DNA of 64,000 bases from Myxococcota bacterium (GTDB lineage: Bacteria > Myxococcota_A > UBA9160), in assembly GCA_035315025.1 (NCBI GenBank), contig DATFYN010000028.1:26871-90870 (forward strand), read 5' to 3'. Numbering within the stretch: position 1 is the stretch's first letter; each line of letters begins with the position of its first letter. Position numbers and translations under genes: made by a program. Positions 54,889-63,940 of the stretch are shown piece by piece. A model generated the notes under the pieces. The model was not told the origin of the DNA and did not search any database. It worked only from the letters and a program-made list of their open reading frames with translations.

Positions 54889-55676
54889 GCGGCCGTCCGC
54901 CGGGAGAGCCGCGGCGCATCGTCTCGCTCGTGCCGAGCCTGACAGAAGCCCTCTTTGTGCTCGGCCTGGGCGAGCGCGTGGTGGGCGTCACCGACTGGTG
55001 TGTTTACCCGGCGGAGGGGGTGGCTCCCCTGCCCAAGCTGGGCGGGACGAAGAACCCGGACCTTCCGGCGATTCTCGCCCTCCGGCCCGACCTCGTGATC
55101 GCGAATCAGGAGGAGAACCGGCGCCAAGATGTCGAGCGACTGCGTGCCGCCGGGATCGCGGTTTGGGTGACCTATCCGCGAACGGTTCGCGACGGCGCGG
55201 TGCTGCTGCGTGAGATCGCCTTGCTCGGGGCGACGGAGGAAGCGATCCGCGACGTCGTGGAGCCCGTGGAGGCGGCCCTCGACGCCGCCCTCGCAGCGCG
55301 GGGAGGCCCTAGGCAGCGCGTGTTTTGTCCGATTTGGCGCGATCCTTGGATGAGCGTCGGCCCTGACACATACGCCCACGACCTCCTTTCCCTGTGCGGC
55401 GGTGAAAATGTCTTCGGCGGACGCAGCGACCGGCGCTACCCACGGGTGCGGCTTGCGGAGGTGGAAGCGGCCGCGCCGGATGTCGTGCTGCTCCCGGACG
55501 AGCCTTACTCGTTCGGTCCGGTCGATGCCGCAGAAATTGCCCGGCTCGACACTCCCGCCAGCCACGAGGGGCGGATCCATTTGATCGACGGCACCTGGGT
55601 GTCATGGTACGGTCCGCGCATCTGCGGTGCGCTCGAGGGGCTGTGCGCGCTCCTCGCCCCCCAGCGCCCTACGTAG
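54885..55676 (+). CDS. BtuF/TroA-like (periplasmic-binding-protein class 8 fold) protein without signal peptide
   Basis: The pattern RIVSLVPSLTEALFVLGLGERVVGVTDWCVYP...LRPDLVIANQEEN is present and no hydrophobic leader is seen. The GTG start overlaps the upstream stop (GTGA). Confidence 0.75.
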   Translation: MSGRPPGEPRRIVSLVPSLTEALFVLGLGERVVGVTDWCVYPAEGVAPLPKLGGTKNPDLPAILALRPDLVIANQEENRRQDVERLRAAGIAVWVTYPRTVRDGAVLLREIALLGATEEAIRDVVEPVEAALDAALAARGGPRQRVFCPIWRDPWMSVGPDTYAHDLLSLCGGENVFGGRSDRRYPRVRLAEVEAAAPDVVLLPDEPYSFGPVDAAEIARLDTPASHEGRIHLIDGTWVSWYGPRICGALEGLCALLAPQRPT

Positions 55677-55710
55677 GTCTGCGTCGTACGGGAGCCCAGG
55701 GAGAATCTGC

Positions 55711-56517
55711 GTGTCGGTCGTACTGTTCGAGCGCCGTGGGTCGGTCGCGCTGATTACGCTGAACCGCCCCGAGGCACGGAACGCGGTGAACCCCGAGCTT
55801 GCCGTGCGGCTCGCCCAGGCCTGGGAAGAAGTGAAGGGGGATCCACAGATCCGGGCTGCCGTCGTGACGGGCGCCGGGGACAAATCCTTCTGCGCGGGCG
55901 CAGACCTCGCCCGGCTGATCCCGCTGTTCACCGGTGCCCGCGCGCCCGAGGATGAATGGGACGAGGCGCTGCGCAGGGATCCGGCGATCACCGATCGGGC
56001 TCTCTTGCGAGAGTTCGACCCCGAGAAGCCCATCGTCGCCGCAGTGACGGGATTCTGCATTGCAGGTGGGATGGAGATGCTCCAGGCGACGGACATCCGG
56101 GTGGCGGCGGAGGACTCGAAATTCGGCCTGCAAGAGCCCAAATGGGGTCTCTTCCCCATCTCTGGCTCGACCGTTCGACTGCCGCGCCAGATTCCCTACG
56201 CCGTGGCCATGGAGATCCTCTTGACGGGCGACTTGATCGACGCCGGTCGGGCCTACGACATCGGTCTGGTGAACCGGGTCGTGCCCCGCGGCGCTGTTCT
56301 CGCGACGGCCCTCGGGATCGCACAGACCGTGGCGGAGAACGGCCCCGTCGCCGTGCGCGCGATCCGTCGATCGGCGCGCGCCTGCATCGGCCTTGCAGAG
56401 AAGGATGCGCTGGCACTCGAGCGCGAGCTCGGAATGCCCGTGTTTCAGACCGAAGATGCGCGCGAAGGTCCGCGCGCGTTCAAGGAGAAGCGCAAGCCGA
56501 GATTCGTCGGTAAGTAA
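55711..56517 (+). CDS. enoyl-CoA hydratase/isomerase (crotonase) family protein
   Basis: Motifs ITLNRPEARNAVN, TGAGDKSFCAGADL and KPIVAAVTGFCIAGG are present, plus the tail EGPRAFKEKRKP. GTG 55711 was chosen. Confidence 0.88.
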   Translation: MSVVLFERRGSVALITLNRPEARNAVNPELAVRLAQAWEEVKGDPQIRAAVVTGAGDKSFCAGADLARLIPLFTGARAPEDEWDEALRRDPAITDRALLREFDPEKPIVAAVTGFCIAGGMEMLQATDIRVAAEDSKFGLQEPKWGLFPISGSTVRLPRQIPYAVAMEILLTGDLIDAGRAYDIGLVNRVVPRGAVLATALGIAQTVAENGPVAVRAIRRSARACIGLAEKDALALERELGMPVFQTEDAREGPRAFKEKRKPRFVGK

Positions 56518-56680
56518 GGCCCGTGGGCGGCGTGCCGCGCGGGAGGGGCGTCCATGGAAGCGGAGCGGCGCCGCCGTGAAGCCCGCATGAAGGCATCAAA
56601 GATGGGAGCGCCCCGCCGCGCTTCGGGGCGCGGGGCATGATCTACGCCAGCGAATGAATAAGGCGGAGGGGGGGCCGTCG

Positions 56681-58204
56681 ATGAAGAGAAATCACAGCCG
56701 TGCGTGGCGCAGGAGCCTCTGCGGAGCGCTGCCCTTGGCGGTCGCGCTTCTTGCGGGGTGGGCCCCGCCGGCCTCGGCGGTGCGCGTAATCGACGTGCGC
56801 GTGGGCCAGCATGGCGAGTTCACCCGAATCGTCTTCGACCTCGACGGGCCTGCGCGTTACCACCTCGAGCACCGCGAGGCCGGCGCCGCGGTGCCCGAAC
56901 TCGTGGTGCACTTCGACGCCAGCGCGCAGCCCAAGGTCGTTCGTACGCTCTCGAAGATCGTCGACAGCGTACGGCTCGAAGCACAGCCGGAGGGTGCGGT
57001 GGCGCGGATTACGCTGCACACCCCCGATGTCCACGCGGTGGAAGAAACGCTGTCGTCACCCCCGCGGATCGTGATCGATCTGAGGGCGTCGACCCCGGCG
57101 GAGGTGGCCGCCGCAAAGCGGCCCGTCGGAACGCCGCCCCAGACCGCTCCCCCCCTCGCCCCGGCGGCGGCTGCGCCGCCGCGCACGCCGCAGCCCGCAG
57201 CGGCGCCATCCGAACCCCCCCCGGCCCCCCCGCGAACAGCCGCCGAGGTGATCGAGGCGCAGGCGGACGCGGCCGCGGCCCGACTTCTCGGCGAGCAAGG
57301 AGCCACGAAGCCAGGCGGGGGGTCGCCGCCTTCGGCGGGGCCTTCCGCGCCCCCAGAGCCCACAGCCGCAGCCCCTGCCGAGAGTGCGCCGGCGCCCCCC
57401 GAGTCGGCTTCTGCTCCGCCCCCGCCGCTTCCCCCGGATCGGCCGGAGCCCCCGCGAGAAGCCGGCAACCCGCCGAGAACCCTCGGCTCGCCGCCCCCGC
57501 CGCCGCCCTTCGCATCGCCTCCCTGGAGTGAACCCTGGCGCTTTGTGACCGGCGCCGTGCTGATCGTGCTCGGTCTTTTTGTTTGGTTCATCTTCCGCCG
57601 CCGCGAGCCCGAGGAAGACGTCCACCCCGGGGCGCTACCGGCTGACGCCTTCCTCGATCGTATGGCCGCATTTGGGGATGGCACGGAGAGAGGAGCCGAA
57701 GAGCACCGGGCGGACGCACAGGAACGTACCGAGGTCCTGCCCCTGTTCGCCGCCGCCTCGGCGAGTGAACGCTCGGTCGAGGTCCCCGCATCTGAGAAAG
57801 GCGGGTCGGGGCACGAAGATTCGCTTTTCGGGGACGCCTCCATTGTCGCCCTCGGCGCGGACAAGAGCGTTACCGACGCGGACCTTGCGCGCCCGAGTCT
57901 TGCACTCGGCGAGCGCATGGCCAGCCCGGGGACCACGGCTGCGCCACTCACGGATGAGTCGATGGGTCGGATGCTGCGCGATCTCGCGCAGCGCCTCGCG
58001 CAGATCGATCAGCGCCTCGCCCGGGACGCGGACGCGCGCGAACGCCTCGAGCGCCAAGTCGTGGCGCAGACCGAGGAACTGCGCGTCCAGCGCGCCGCGA
58101 TTGCGCGCACGCAGCGCGTGCTGCGCACGCTCTCGCGGCCCGAGGATCTTGCGACCGAGCCGGTCATCAAGAGTCCAGGCCCTTCCTCGGGATCGCCGGA
58201 CTGA
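56681..58204 (+). CDS. bitopic envelope protein: signal peptide + AMIN domain + Pro/Ala-rich linker + TM + cytoplasmic coiled coil
   Basis: The AMIN-like pattern is VRVIDVRVGQHGEFTRIVFDLDG...PRIVIDLRA. A long P/A-rich stretch follows, then the TM helix FVTGAVLIVLGLFVWFIF and a heptad-like C-terminus. Confidence 0.7.
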   Translation: MKRNHSRAWRRSLCGALPLAVALLAGWAPPASAVRVIDVRVGQHGEFTRIVFDLDGPARYHLEHREAGAAVPELVVHFDASAQPKVVRTLSKIVDSVRLEAQPEGAVARITLHTPDVHAVEETLSSPPRIVIDLRASTPAEVAAAKRPVGTPPQTAPPLAPAAAAPPRTPQPAAAPSEPPPAPPRTAAEVIEAQADAAAARLLGEQGATKPGGGSPPSAGPSAPPEPTAAAPAESAPAPPESASAPPPPLPPDRPEPPREAGNPPRTLGSPPPPPPFASPPWSEPWRFVTGAVLIVLGLFVWFIFRRREPEEDVHPGALPADAFLDRMAAFGDGTERGAEEHRADAQERTEVLPLFAAASASERSVEVPASEKGGSGHEDSLFGDASIVALGADKSVTDADLARPSLALGERMASPGTTAAPLTDESMGRMLRDLAQRLAQIDQRLARDADARERLERQVVAQTEELRVQRAAIARTQRVLRTLSRPEDLATEPVIKSPGPSSGSPD

Positions 58205-58216
58205 GCCGGACTTGCG

Positions 58217-59104
58217 CTAGTGGCACTGCGCCGCGAGAAGCAGCGCTCCGAGCGCCCCGGCGAACTCGCCCCCTTGCAGCAGCACGGGCTCGCGGCCGAG
58301 TGCCCGGGTGACCCGGCTCAGGATTTCGCACAGCACAGGGTTGCTGCGCAGCGTCGAACCCGCATAGACGACCTTGCGCACCTGGGTCGCCGCCGCGAGC
58401 CCGCCGCACAGGAGTGCGACGTTCTCACCGATCAGGCCCATCAGGGCCTGCGCGAGATCCTCGCGGCGAGGGGGTTCAGAGTTCGCATCCAGCCGCGCGA
58501 GCTTCCCGAACGCGCTCGCCGTCAGCTCACCGGCCAGCGGGATCTCCCCCGGCCGGTAGAGGTCGGACACCCGCAAGTCGACCCGATCGCGCGCACCCTG
58601 GGTCGCCAGCTCGGCCAGTGCCTCGAAGCGGCGCTCCCCGGCGAGCTGGGCTCCGAGGCCGACCAGTGTTCCTCCGCCGAGCGCGGTGCCCCCGACCCGC
58701 GTGACCGCCATGCCGTCCACCAGCATGATCGAGGTGCCGGTGCCGAGAGAGACAAGCAGATACCTCTCCGCCGGCACCGTACCGTTGGAGCGCAGCAACG
58801 CAGCCGCCCCCGACCCCCAGGCCGCGAACTCATTCACCCGTGCGGTGTCCCATGGGAGAAGACGTGCAAGCTCGGCCGCACCGCCACCGGTCAGGCCGAC
58901 GCTGCGCGGCTCGAGCCGAAGGACGGCCTCCATCACCTTGGCCGGTGCCTGGGAAGGCACCAAGTCAAAGTCTGGGGCCGCGTCGTCGCGGCTGCGCAGG
59001 GCGATCTTGGCGAGGGTGGCGCCCACATCGACGCCCACCACACGCCGCTGTTCGGGGTCGGTGGTTTCGGGTCGACCGAGCGAATGATACGCTCGTTCTT
59101 TCAA
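58217..59104 (-). CDS. type II pantothenate kinase-like (fumble/ASKHA fold) protein
   Basis: The pattern VGVDVGATLAKI...LTGGGA...LVSLGTGTSIMLV...RVGGTALGGGTLVGLG...DLRVSDLY...TASAFGK...GGEFAGALGA matches the type II PanK pattern. Confidence 0.7.
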   Translation of the reverse strand: MKERAYHSLGRPETTDPEQRRVVGVDVGATLAKIALRSRDDAAPDFDLVPSQAPAKVMEAVLRLEPRSVGLTGGGAAELARLLPWDTARVNEFAAWGSGAAALLRSNGTVPAERYLLVSLGTGTSIMLVDGMAVTRVGGTALGGGTLVGLGAQLAGERRFEALAELATQGARDRVDLRVSDLYRPGEIPLAGELTASAFGKLARLDANSEPPRREDLAQALMGLIGENVALLCGGLAAATQVRKVVYAGSTLRSNPVLCEILSRVTRALGREPVLLQGGEFAGALGALLLAAQCH

Positions 59105-59136
59105 CGGGTTGCACCTCTGGGGCGGGCCGCGCGCGC

Positions 59137-60894
59137 ATGTATACCGCGTTCTACGGGCTCCGCGAGAAGCCGTTCGCGCTGAGCCCCAATCCCCGCTTTC
59201 TTTTCCTCGCGGACTCGCACCGCGAAGCGCTCGCGCATTTGCTCTACGGAATCGAGCAGGGCGAGGGCTTTATCGCGGTGACCGGTGAGGTCGGGACCGG
59301 CAAGACGACGCTCAGCCGCACCTTGCTGCAGCGGCTCGGTTCGGAGACCGAGGTCGCCTTCCTGTTTAACCCAAAGCTCTCTCCCCTGGAGCTGCTCCAG
59401 GCCATTCACATCGAGCTCGGACTGGCCGATGCGTTCGGCCGAGCGGGCGGGTCTTGGCGCGAGCTCAGCGACGATCTGAACCATTTCCTCGTCGATCGCA
59501 AGCGCGAGGGCAAACGCGTTTTGCTGATCATCGACGAGGCGCAGAACCTCGAACCCGAAACACTGGAGCAGGTCCGGCTGCTCTCCAACCTCGAGACCGA
59601 GACCTCCAAGCTGATCCAGATCATCCTGCTCGGGCAGCCCGAGCTCGACGCGAAGCTAGAGACGCGGGCGCTGCGGCAATTGCGCCAGCGCATCAGCGTG
59701 CGTTGGCGCCTCGCCTCTCTCTCCGCAGCGGAGACGGAGAAGTATGTGAGGCACCGGCTGCGCATCGCTGCCGGCACGGAAAGGCCGCTCTTCAACGCGG
59801 CAGCGTTGCGCGCCGTGCACAGGGCCTCGGGCGGTGTGCCTCGCCTCATCAACATCGTTTGCGATCGGGCGCTCCTCGCGGGCTATGCAGAAGGGGCGGG
59901 GGAGATCGGTCCCCGTCTTGTGCGACGCGCCGTGCGTGAGATGGCCGGGAGCCGCTCTCCCGCCGCGCGGATCCGCCGGCGCTGGCGCGAAATCGTGTTC
60001 GGCGGAGCTGCCGTTCTCGGCGCGGTGGCGCTCGCGGCCGTCGTCGGAATCAACCGGGATGGAGCGCTCGCCGCCCGTAGAGATCAGGGCCAAGCCAGGG
60101 TCGAGGGGCAGCCCGCGCCGACGGTCGCATCCGTGGACGCGGGGCCCCTCGCAGCCATCGACACGGCTGCGGTCTCTGGGGCTTCGCCCGCGGTCGCCGC
60201 AGATCTGCCGCTTGAAGTGCCGGCGCAGGCCGCGCCTGCGAGCCTCGAGAAGGTCTTGCGCGCCGCTGTTCCCGAGGTGACGACCGCCGCCGCGCTCGAC
60301 GCCGCGCTCGCGGCCTGGGGGGAGGCGCCCCGGGCGCTCTCCGCGGTGGAACTGCCGGAGGCGCTTCGGATTCTCGAGGACTCTGGATACGCCGTGCTCT
60401 CCCTCTCCGATGCCACTCTCAATCTGCTGCGGGCGCTCGACTACCCGACCCTCCTGCGCTTTCCCGCTGCGGACGGACGAGGTCCCGTGGCGCTCCTCGC
60501 CGCGGCGGATGACCACGTGGCGACGCTCGAGGGCGTCGTTCCGGGGACGACCCTCGTGGTTCCGCGCGAAGAGCTCGAAGCCCGCTGGGGTGGCGAGGCT
60601 TTCATTGTGTGGCGCGACTTCGAGCCTCTCCCAGCGACGCTCAACCCCGGCGACTCCGGTCCGGCCGTGGAGTGGCTGCAGCATGCCCTCAGCGAGCTCG
60701 GGTTTCTCTCGCGCTCAGAATCGGGCCGATTTGATCTCCCGACGACCGCGGCGGTGATGGCATTCCAGCAAAGTCGGGCGCTCGCCGCCGACGGCAGTGT
60801 CGGTCCACGCACCAAGATGTCCCTCTACGCTGCATTACGTCGCTATGTCGTGCCGAGGCTTGCTGCGTCGCACGCGGGAGGAAAGCTGGGTTGA
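59137..60894 (+). CDS. ExeA/GspA-like AAA ATPase with C-terminal peptidoglycan-binding domain
   Basis: The N-terminus is FYGLREKPFALSPNPRFLF, Walker A is GEVGTGKTT, and a TM segment follows. The C-terminal PG_binding_1-like region is GDSGPAVEWLQHALSELGF...AVMAFQQSRALAADGSVGPRT. Confidence 0.85.
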   Translation: MYTAFYGLREKPFALSPNPRFLFLADSHREALAHLLYGIEQGEGFIAVTGEVGTGKTTLSRTLLQRLGSETEVAFLFNPKLSPLELLQAIHIELGLADAFGRAGGSWRELSDDLNHFLVDRKREGKRVLLIIDEAQNLEPETLEQVRLLSNLETETSKLIQIILLGQPELDAKLETRALRQLRQRISVRWRLASLSAAETEKYVRHRLRIAAGTERPLFNAAALRAVHRASGGVPRLINIVCDRALLAGYAEGAGEIGPRLVRRAVREMAGSRSPAARIRRRWREIVFGGAAVLGAVALAAVVGINRDGALAARRDQGQARVEGQPAPTVASVDAGPLAAIDTAAVSGASPAVAADLPLEVPAQAAPASLEKVLRAAVPEVTTAAALDAALAAWGEAPRALSAVELPEALRILEDSGYAVLSLSDATLNLLRALDYPTLLRFPAADGRGPVALLAAADDHVATLEGVVPGTTLVVPREELEARWGGEAFIVWRDFEPLPATLNPGDSGPAVEWLQHALSELGFLSRSESGRFDLPTTAAVMAFQQSRALAADGSVGPRTKMSLYAALRRYVVPRLAASHAGGKLG

Positions 60895-61880
60895 GTACCA
60901 TCTTGAAGGCGCTGCGCCGGCTTGAAGAAGAACGGACGGCGAAAGCGGAGCGCGCGTTGCGCGAGCAGGTGGTGGGCACCTCGCCCCGCGCGCCGCGCAA
61001 TTGGCGGCGCCTGGTGCTGCGCGCCCTCGGCGCGATCGCGGGGGTGGCTGTGCTCAGCTTCGGTCTTCACAGCTGGCGCGCGCGACCGGCGGCGCAGTCG
61101 GCCCCCCCTGCCGCGGTACCGCCCGCGTGGCCGCGCCCTGTGGGCCCCCCCCAAACGGCGCTTGGGGCAAATCCCCTGGCCTCGGCTCCTCGGCCCCCCC
61201 TGGGAGTAGCCCCCGGCCCGGCTCCTCCAGCCACGCCCGCCCCGAGCCCGCTCTCGGGCGGCGAGACGGGGCCACAGGGAGCGAACCCAGGGGCCCCCCG
61301 TCCGACGCCGGCCGAGGTCCGTGCGGCGGCTGCGGCACTTGCTCCGCGGCCCGACGTTGCGGTGGTGCAGCGTCCGCCCCCTTCGCCGGATGTCCCTCGC
61401 GAGGCTCCCGAGGCGAACGGGGCCTCCCGCGGCTCCGAAGGAGCCCTCCTGGGAGCGGCACCGGGGGCAGCTCCGCCCTCGCCTCGGATGGCGCCGTCCG
61501 CGGCCGCCGCCGAACCCTCTTCCCCGGCCGAAGAGGCCGCCACCTCCTCCGTGCCTATCCGCCTGCGCGAGGTCGATCCATCGATCCACTCGCCCTATGG
61601 AATTCACGAAGACACACCGAGCAAGCTCCCCACCCACGCCAAAGCGGCGCACCCACACGCCGCGGCTCCGGCCCCGGAGGTCGTGGTGACACGCACCATC
61701 TGGCACCCAAGCGCGGAGCGGCGGGTTGCCCTGGTGCGTGGAGCGGGCGATTCGCGGGAGCGGGAGGTTCACGAGGGCGAAAGCGTAGGCTCCCTTCAAG
61801 TACTGCGGATTGAGCCTTCGGACGTTGTCTTTCTGCGTCAGGGCGTGGAAATTCGACAACGCGTCGGGGCCTCGCAGTGA
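60891..61880 (+). CDS. GspB-like (type II secretion accessory protein B) protein
   Basis: The TTG start overlaps the exeA stop (TTGA). The N-terminus MSTILKALRRLEEER matches the GspB pattern. A TM, a Pro-rich linker and a conserved C-terminus (VVFLRQGVEIRQRVG) follow. Confidence 0.7.
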   Translation: MSTILKALRRLEEERTAKAERALREQVVGTSPRAPRNWRRLVLRALGAIAGVAVLSFGLHSWRARPAAQSAPPAAVPPAWPRPVGPPQTALGANPLASAPRPPLGVAPGPAPPATPAPSPLSGGETGPQGANPGAPRPTPAEVRAAAAALAPRPDVAVVQRPPPSPDVPREAPEANGASRGSEGALLGAAPGAAPPSPRMAPSAAAAEPSSPAEEAATSSVPIRLREVDPSIHSPYGIHEDTPSKLPTHAKAAHPHAAAPAPEVVVTRTIWHPSAERRVALVRGAGDSREREVHEGESVGSLQVLRIEPSDVVFLRQGVEIRQRVGASQ

Positions 61881-62377
61881 GCCTGCACGACTTCGTAGTG
61901 GGCGTTGTCGCGGACACCCACGGCTACCTGGATCCTGAAATGCTTGCCTGCCTTGCGGATGCGGATGTGATCTTGCATGCCGGGGACATCGGACACGACC
62001 GCGTGCTTGAAGCGCTGCGCGCCGCGGCGCCGGTCATCGCCGTGACAGGAAACGGCGACGAGGCGCTTCGTCACACCTATCCCTGGGACCAGCGAGTCGA
62101 GCTCGGCGAGGTGCGTCTTCTCTTGTGTCACTGGTACGACAACTTCGGCATGCTTCACCCGCGCATCGAGCGTGAGTTGCGCGCCTGGGAGCCGCATGCC
62201 CTCGTTTTCGGCCACACCCACAGTGCACTCTGCGAGTGGCGCAGCGGCGTCCTGCACTTCAATCCCGGCTACGCCGGGCCGCCCGGCCAAGGCCGCCTGC
62301 GCTCGGTGGGTCGACTCTGGGTCGACGGTGAAAGCGTGCGCGCGCAGATCCTTCCTCTCTCTTCCACCGGCACATGA
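61877..62377 (+). CDS. YfcE/MJ0936-type metallophosphoesterase
   Basis: Motifs VVADTHG, HAGDIG, GNGD and FGHTH are present. The GTG start overlaps the upstream stop (GTGA). Confidence 0.85.
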   Translation: MSLHDFVVGVVADTHGYLDPEMLACLADADVILHAGDIGHDRVLEALRAAAPVIAVTGNGDEALRHTYPWDQRVELGEVRLLLCHWYDNFGMLHPRIERELRAWEPHALVFGHTHSALCEWRSGVLHFNPGYAGPPGQGRLRSVGRLWVDGESVRAQILPLSSTGT

Positions 62378-62401
62378 GCGAGCGGCTCGGACGGCCCTTC
62401 G

Positions 62402-62830
62402 GTGGGTCAACCGATGGCACCGCTGCTTCGTTTGTTCGGGTGGGGCGCGGGCAGGGGATTGGGAGCCCGCGCGCGGAGGATTTTGATGAAGGGGATGGAC
62501 GGGTTGGCGGAGCGGGCGCAGCGGCTGGCGGCCGAGCTCGACGTGAGCGCGGAGGAGGGACGGGCACACACCGATCGCCTCTACCGGGTCCTGCTGAGGG
62601 AGGCCCGCGCGCTGCGTGCCCTCGAGGACGAAGTGCGCTCCGCCGAAGACGGTCTCGCCGAAACCTTGCTGCGCTGCGCGGATGCGACGGTAAAGGACGT
62701 GCAGCCCGAAATCCATCGGCTCCTTGTCCTGCGACAGGAGATCCTCGAGCGTGCCCTCGGCGCGCTCGTGGAAGTGCGAGGCCTGCTCTCGCCGTCGCAG
62801 CTCGCGCGCGCCCTCGAATTGCGGTCGTGA
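62402..62830 (+). CDS. hypothetical helical protein upstream of ECF sigma (start uncertain)
   Basis: The ORF has G/C-rich third positions and helical, charged sequence. An LSPSQL motif weakly resembles the LTxxQ motif of the Spy/CpxP family. No clear signal peptide is seen. Confidence 0.4.
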   Translation: MGQPMAPLLRLFGWGAGRGLGARARRILMKGMDGLAERAQRLAAELDVSAEEGRAHTDRLYRVLLREARALRALEDEVRSAEDGLAETLLRCADATVKDVQPEIHRLLVLRQEILERALGALVEVRGLLSPSQLARALELRS

Positions 62831-62834
62831 ACCC

Positions 62835-63422
62835 ATGGCGCCTGCGAGGCGCCGCGCGAGCTCGGCCGTGGCCAAGGACGTGGACCGGGCCGGCGGCTTG
62901 AAGGCGGTGCCGGGGGCGCGGTCGAGTTTCGACGAGCTCTACCGCGCAAACGCCGTACGCATCGGACGGCTGTGTCGCTGGCTGCTGTCGGATCCGGGCG
63001 AGGCGGAGGACGTGACGCAGGAAGTATTCTTGAAGCTCCACCGCGCGCTCGAGGATGGCACCGAGGCGCAGGCCTGGGAGCCGTGGCTCACGACGGTGGC
63101 ACTCAACGCCTGTCGTGACCGCCGTCGGTCGGCATGGTGGCGCCGGGTGTGGCAGCCGGGAGTGGAGCTCGATGAATCGAAGCTCCCCGGGCTCCGTCGC
63201 GACGCTGAAGAAGAGCTTCTCGGCCGTGAGGAAGGCGGTCGGATCTGGGTAGCTTATCGCGCGCTCTCGGTGCGACAACAGGAGGTGTTCGCACTGCGAC
63301 ACCTCGAAGGCTACTCGACGGAGGAAGTGGCGCGGGCGCTCGGCATGAGTTCAGGCAGCGTAAAGCGTCACTTGCACCGCGCGATCGGTCACTTACGACG
63401 CACCTTGGGAGGTCGCGCATGA
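62835..63422 (+). CDS. ECF-type RNA polymerase sigma-70 family factor
   Basis: Region 2 is AEDVTQEVFLKLHRAL. Region 4 is QQEVFALRHLEGYSTEEVARALGMSSGSVKRHLHRA. Confidence 0.88.
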   Translation: MAPARRRASSAVAKDVDRAGGLKAVPGARSSFDELYRANAVRIGRLCRWLLSDPGEAEDVTQEVFLKLHRALEDGTEAQAWEPWLTTVALNACRDRRRSAWWRRVWQPGVELDESKLPGLRRDAEEELLGREEGGRIWVAYRALSVRQQEVFALRHLEGYSTEEVARALGMSSGSVKRHLHRAIGHLRRTLGGRA

Positions 63423-63925
63423 AGGACTGCCCCGACGAGCGAACGCTGGAGCGGTTGTTTGTGGGGGAGGGGCGCGCTCGGCCAGCGCGCCATGTCGCGG
63501 CATGCCCGGAGTGCGCGCTGCGCATGCGCAGGATTGAGCAAGACCTGGAGCGAATCCGCGAAGCCCTCTTCGCGGATCCGCCGCCTGAACTCATTCGCAA
63601 GGGCTCGCGCGGGCGCCCTGCCCGGCCCCTGCTTTCTGCGCTCGTGCTTGGCACCGCTGCGGCGTGCGTGGCCGCAGTTCTTTGGGTGCGCCCCTTCGCG
63701 GTGGAGACGACGGGGAGCCGATCCGAGATTACCGGCTTTGTCCAGAGCTTATCCGATGCGATCTGGTTCGAGGAGGACCCCGGCGCAATCGCAAACCAAA
63801 GAGCGGTGCAGCTCGCGGCGCTCGGTACTGCGCTCACTGGGGGACGTCCTTGCACGCTCGAAGATCAACTGGACACGAACGCGTGTGACGCGCAGGACGT
63901 CACCACCCTGGCAGAGGGCTGGTAG
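63419..63925 (+). CDS. zf-HC2 anti-sigma factor
   Basis: The start overlaps the sigma gene stop (ATGA). The N-terminus is CPDE...H..ACPECALRM and one TM helix is LLSALVLGTAAACVAAVLWV. Confidence 0.75.
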   Translation: MKDCPDERTLERLFVGEGRARPARHVAACPECALRMRRIEQDLERIREALFADPPPELIRKGSRGRPARPLLSALVLGTAAACVAAVLWVRPFAVETTGSRSEITGFVQSLSDAIWFEEDPGAIANQRAVQLAALGTALTGGRPCTLEDQLDTNACDAQDVTTLAEGW

Positions 63926-63940
63926 GACGCGGAGGAACCC

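Noticed and set aside
53725-55580. Two long minus-strand ORFs (372 aa and 364 aa)
   Set aside because: They are antisense to the ArsA-like and BtuF-like genes, which carry unambiguous P-loop and binding-protein motifs.
56554-56640. 28-codon ORF (MEAERRRREARMKASKMGAPRRASGRGA) with an upstream GGGAGGGG
   Set aside because: It is too short and low-complexity to support. It overlaps a GC hairpin that may simply be the crotonase terminator region.
57100-57530. Repetitive-looking Pro/Ala-rich DNA (also 61080-61560)
   Set aside because: This is compositional low complexity encoding linker regions of envelope proteins. No unit-length tandem repeat or spacer-repeat architecture is present, so it is not a CRISPR or VNTR.
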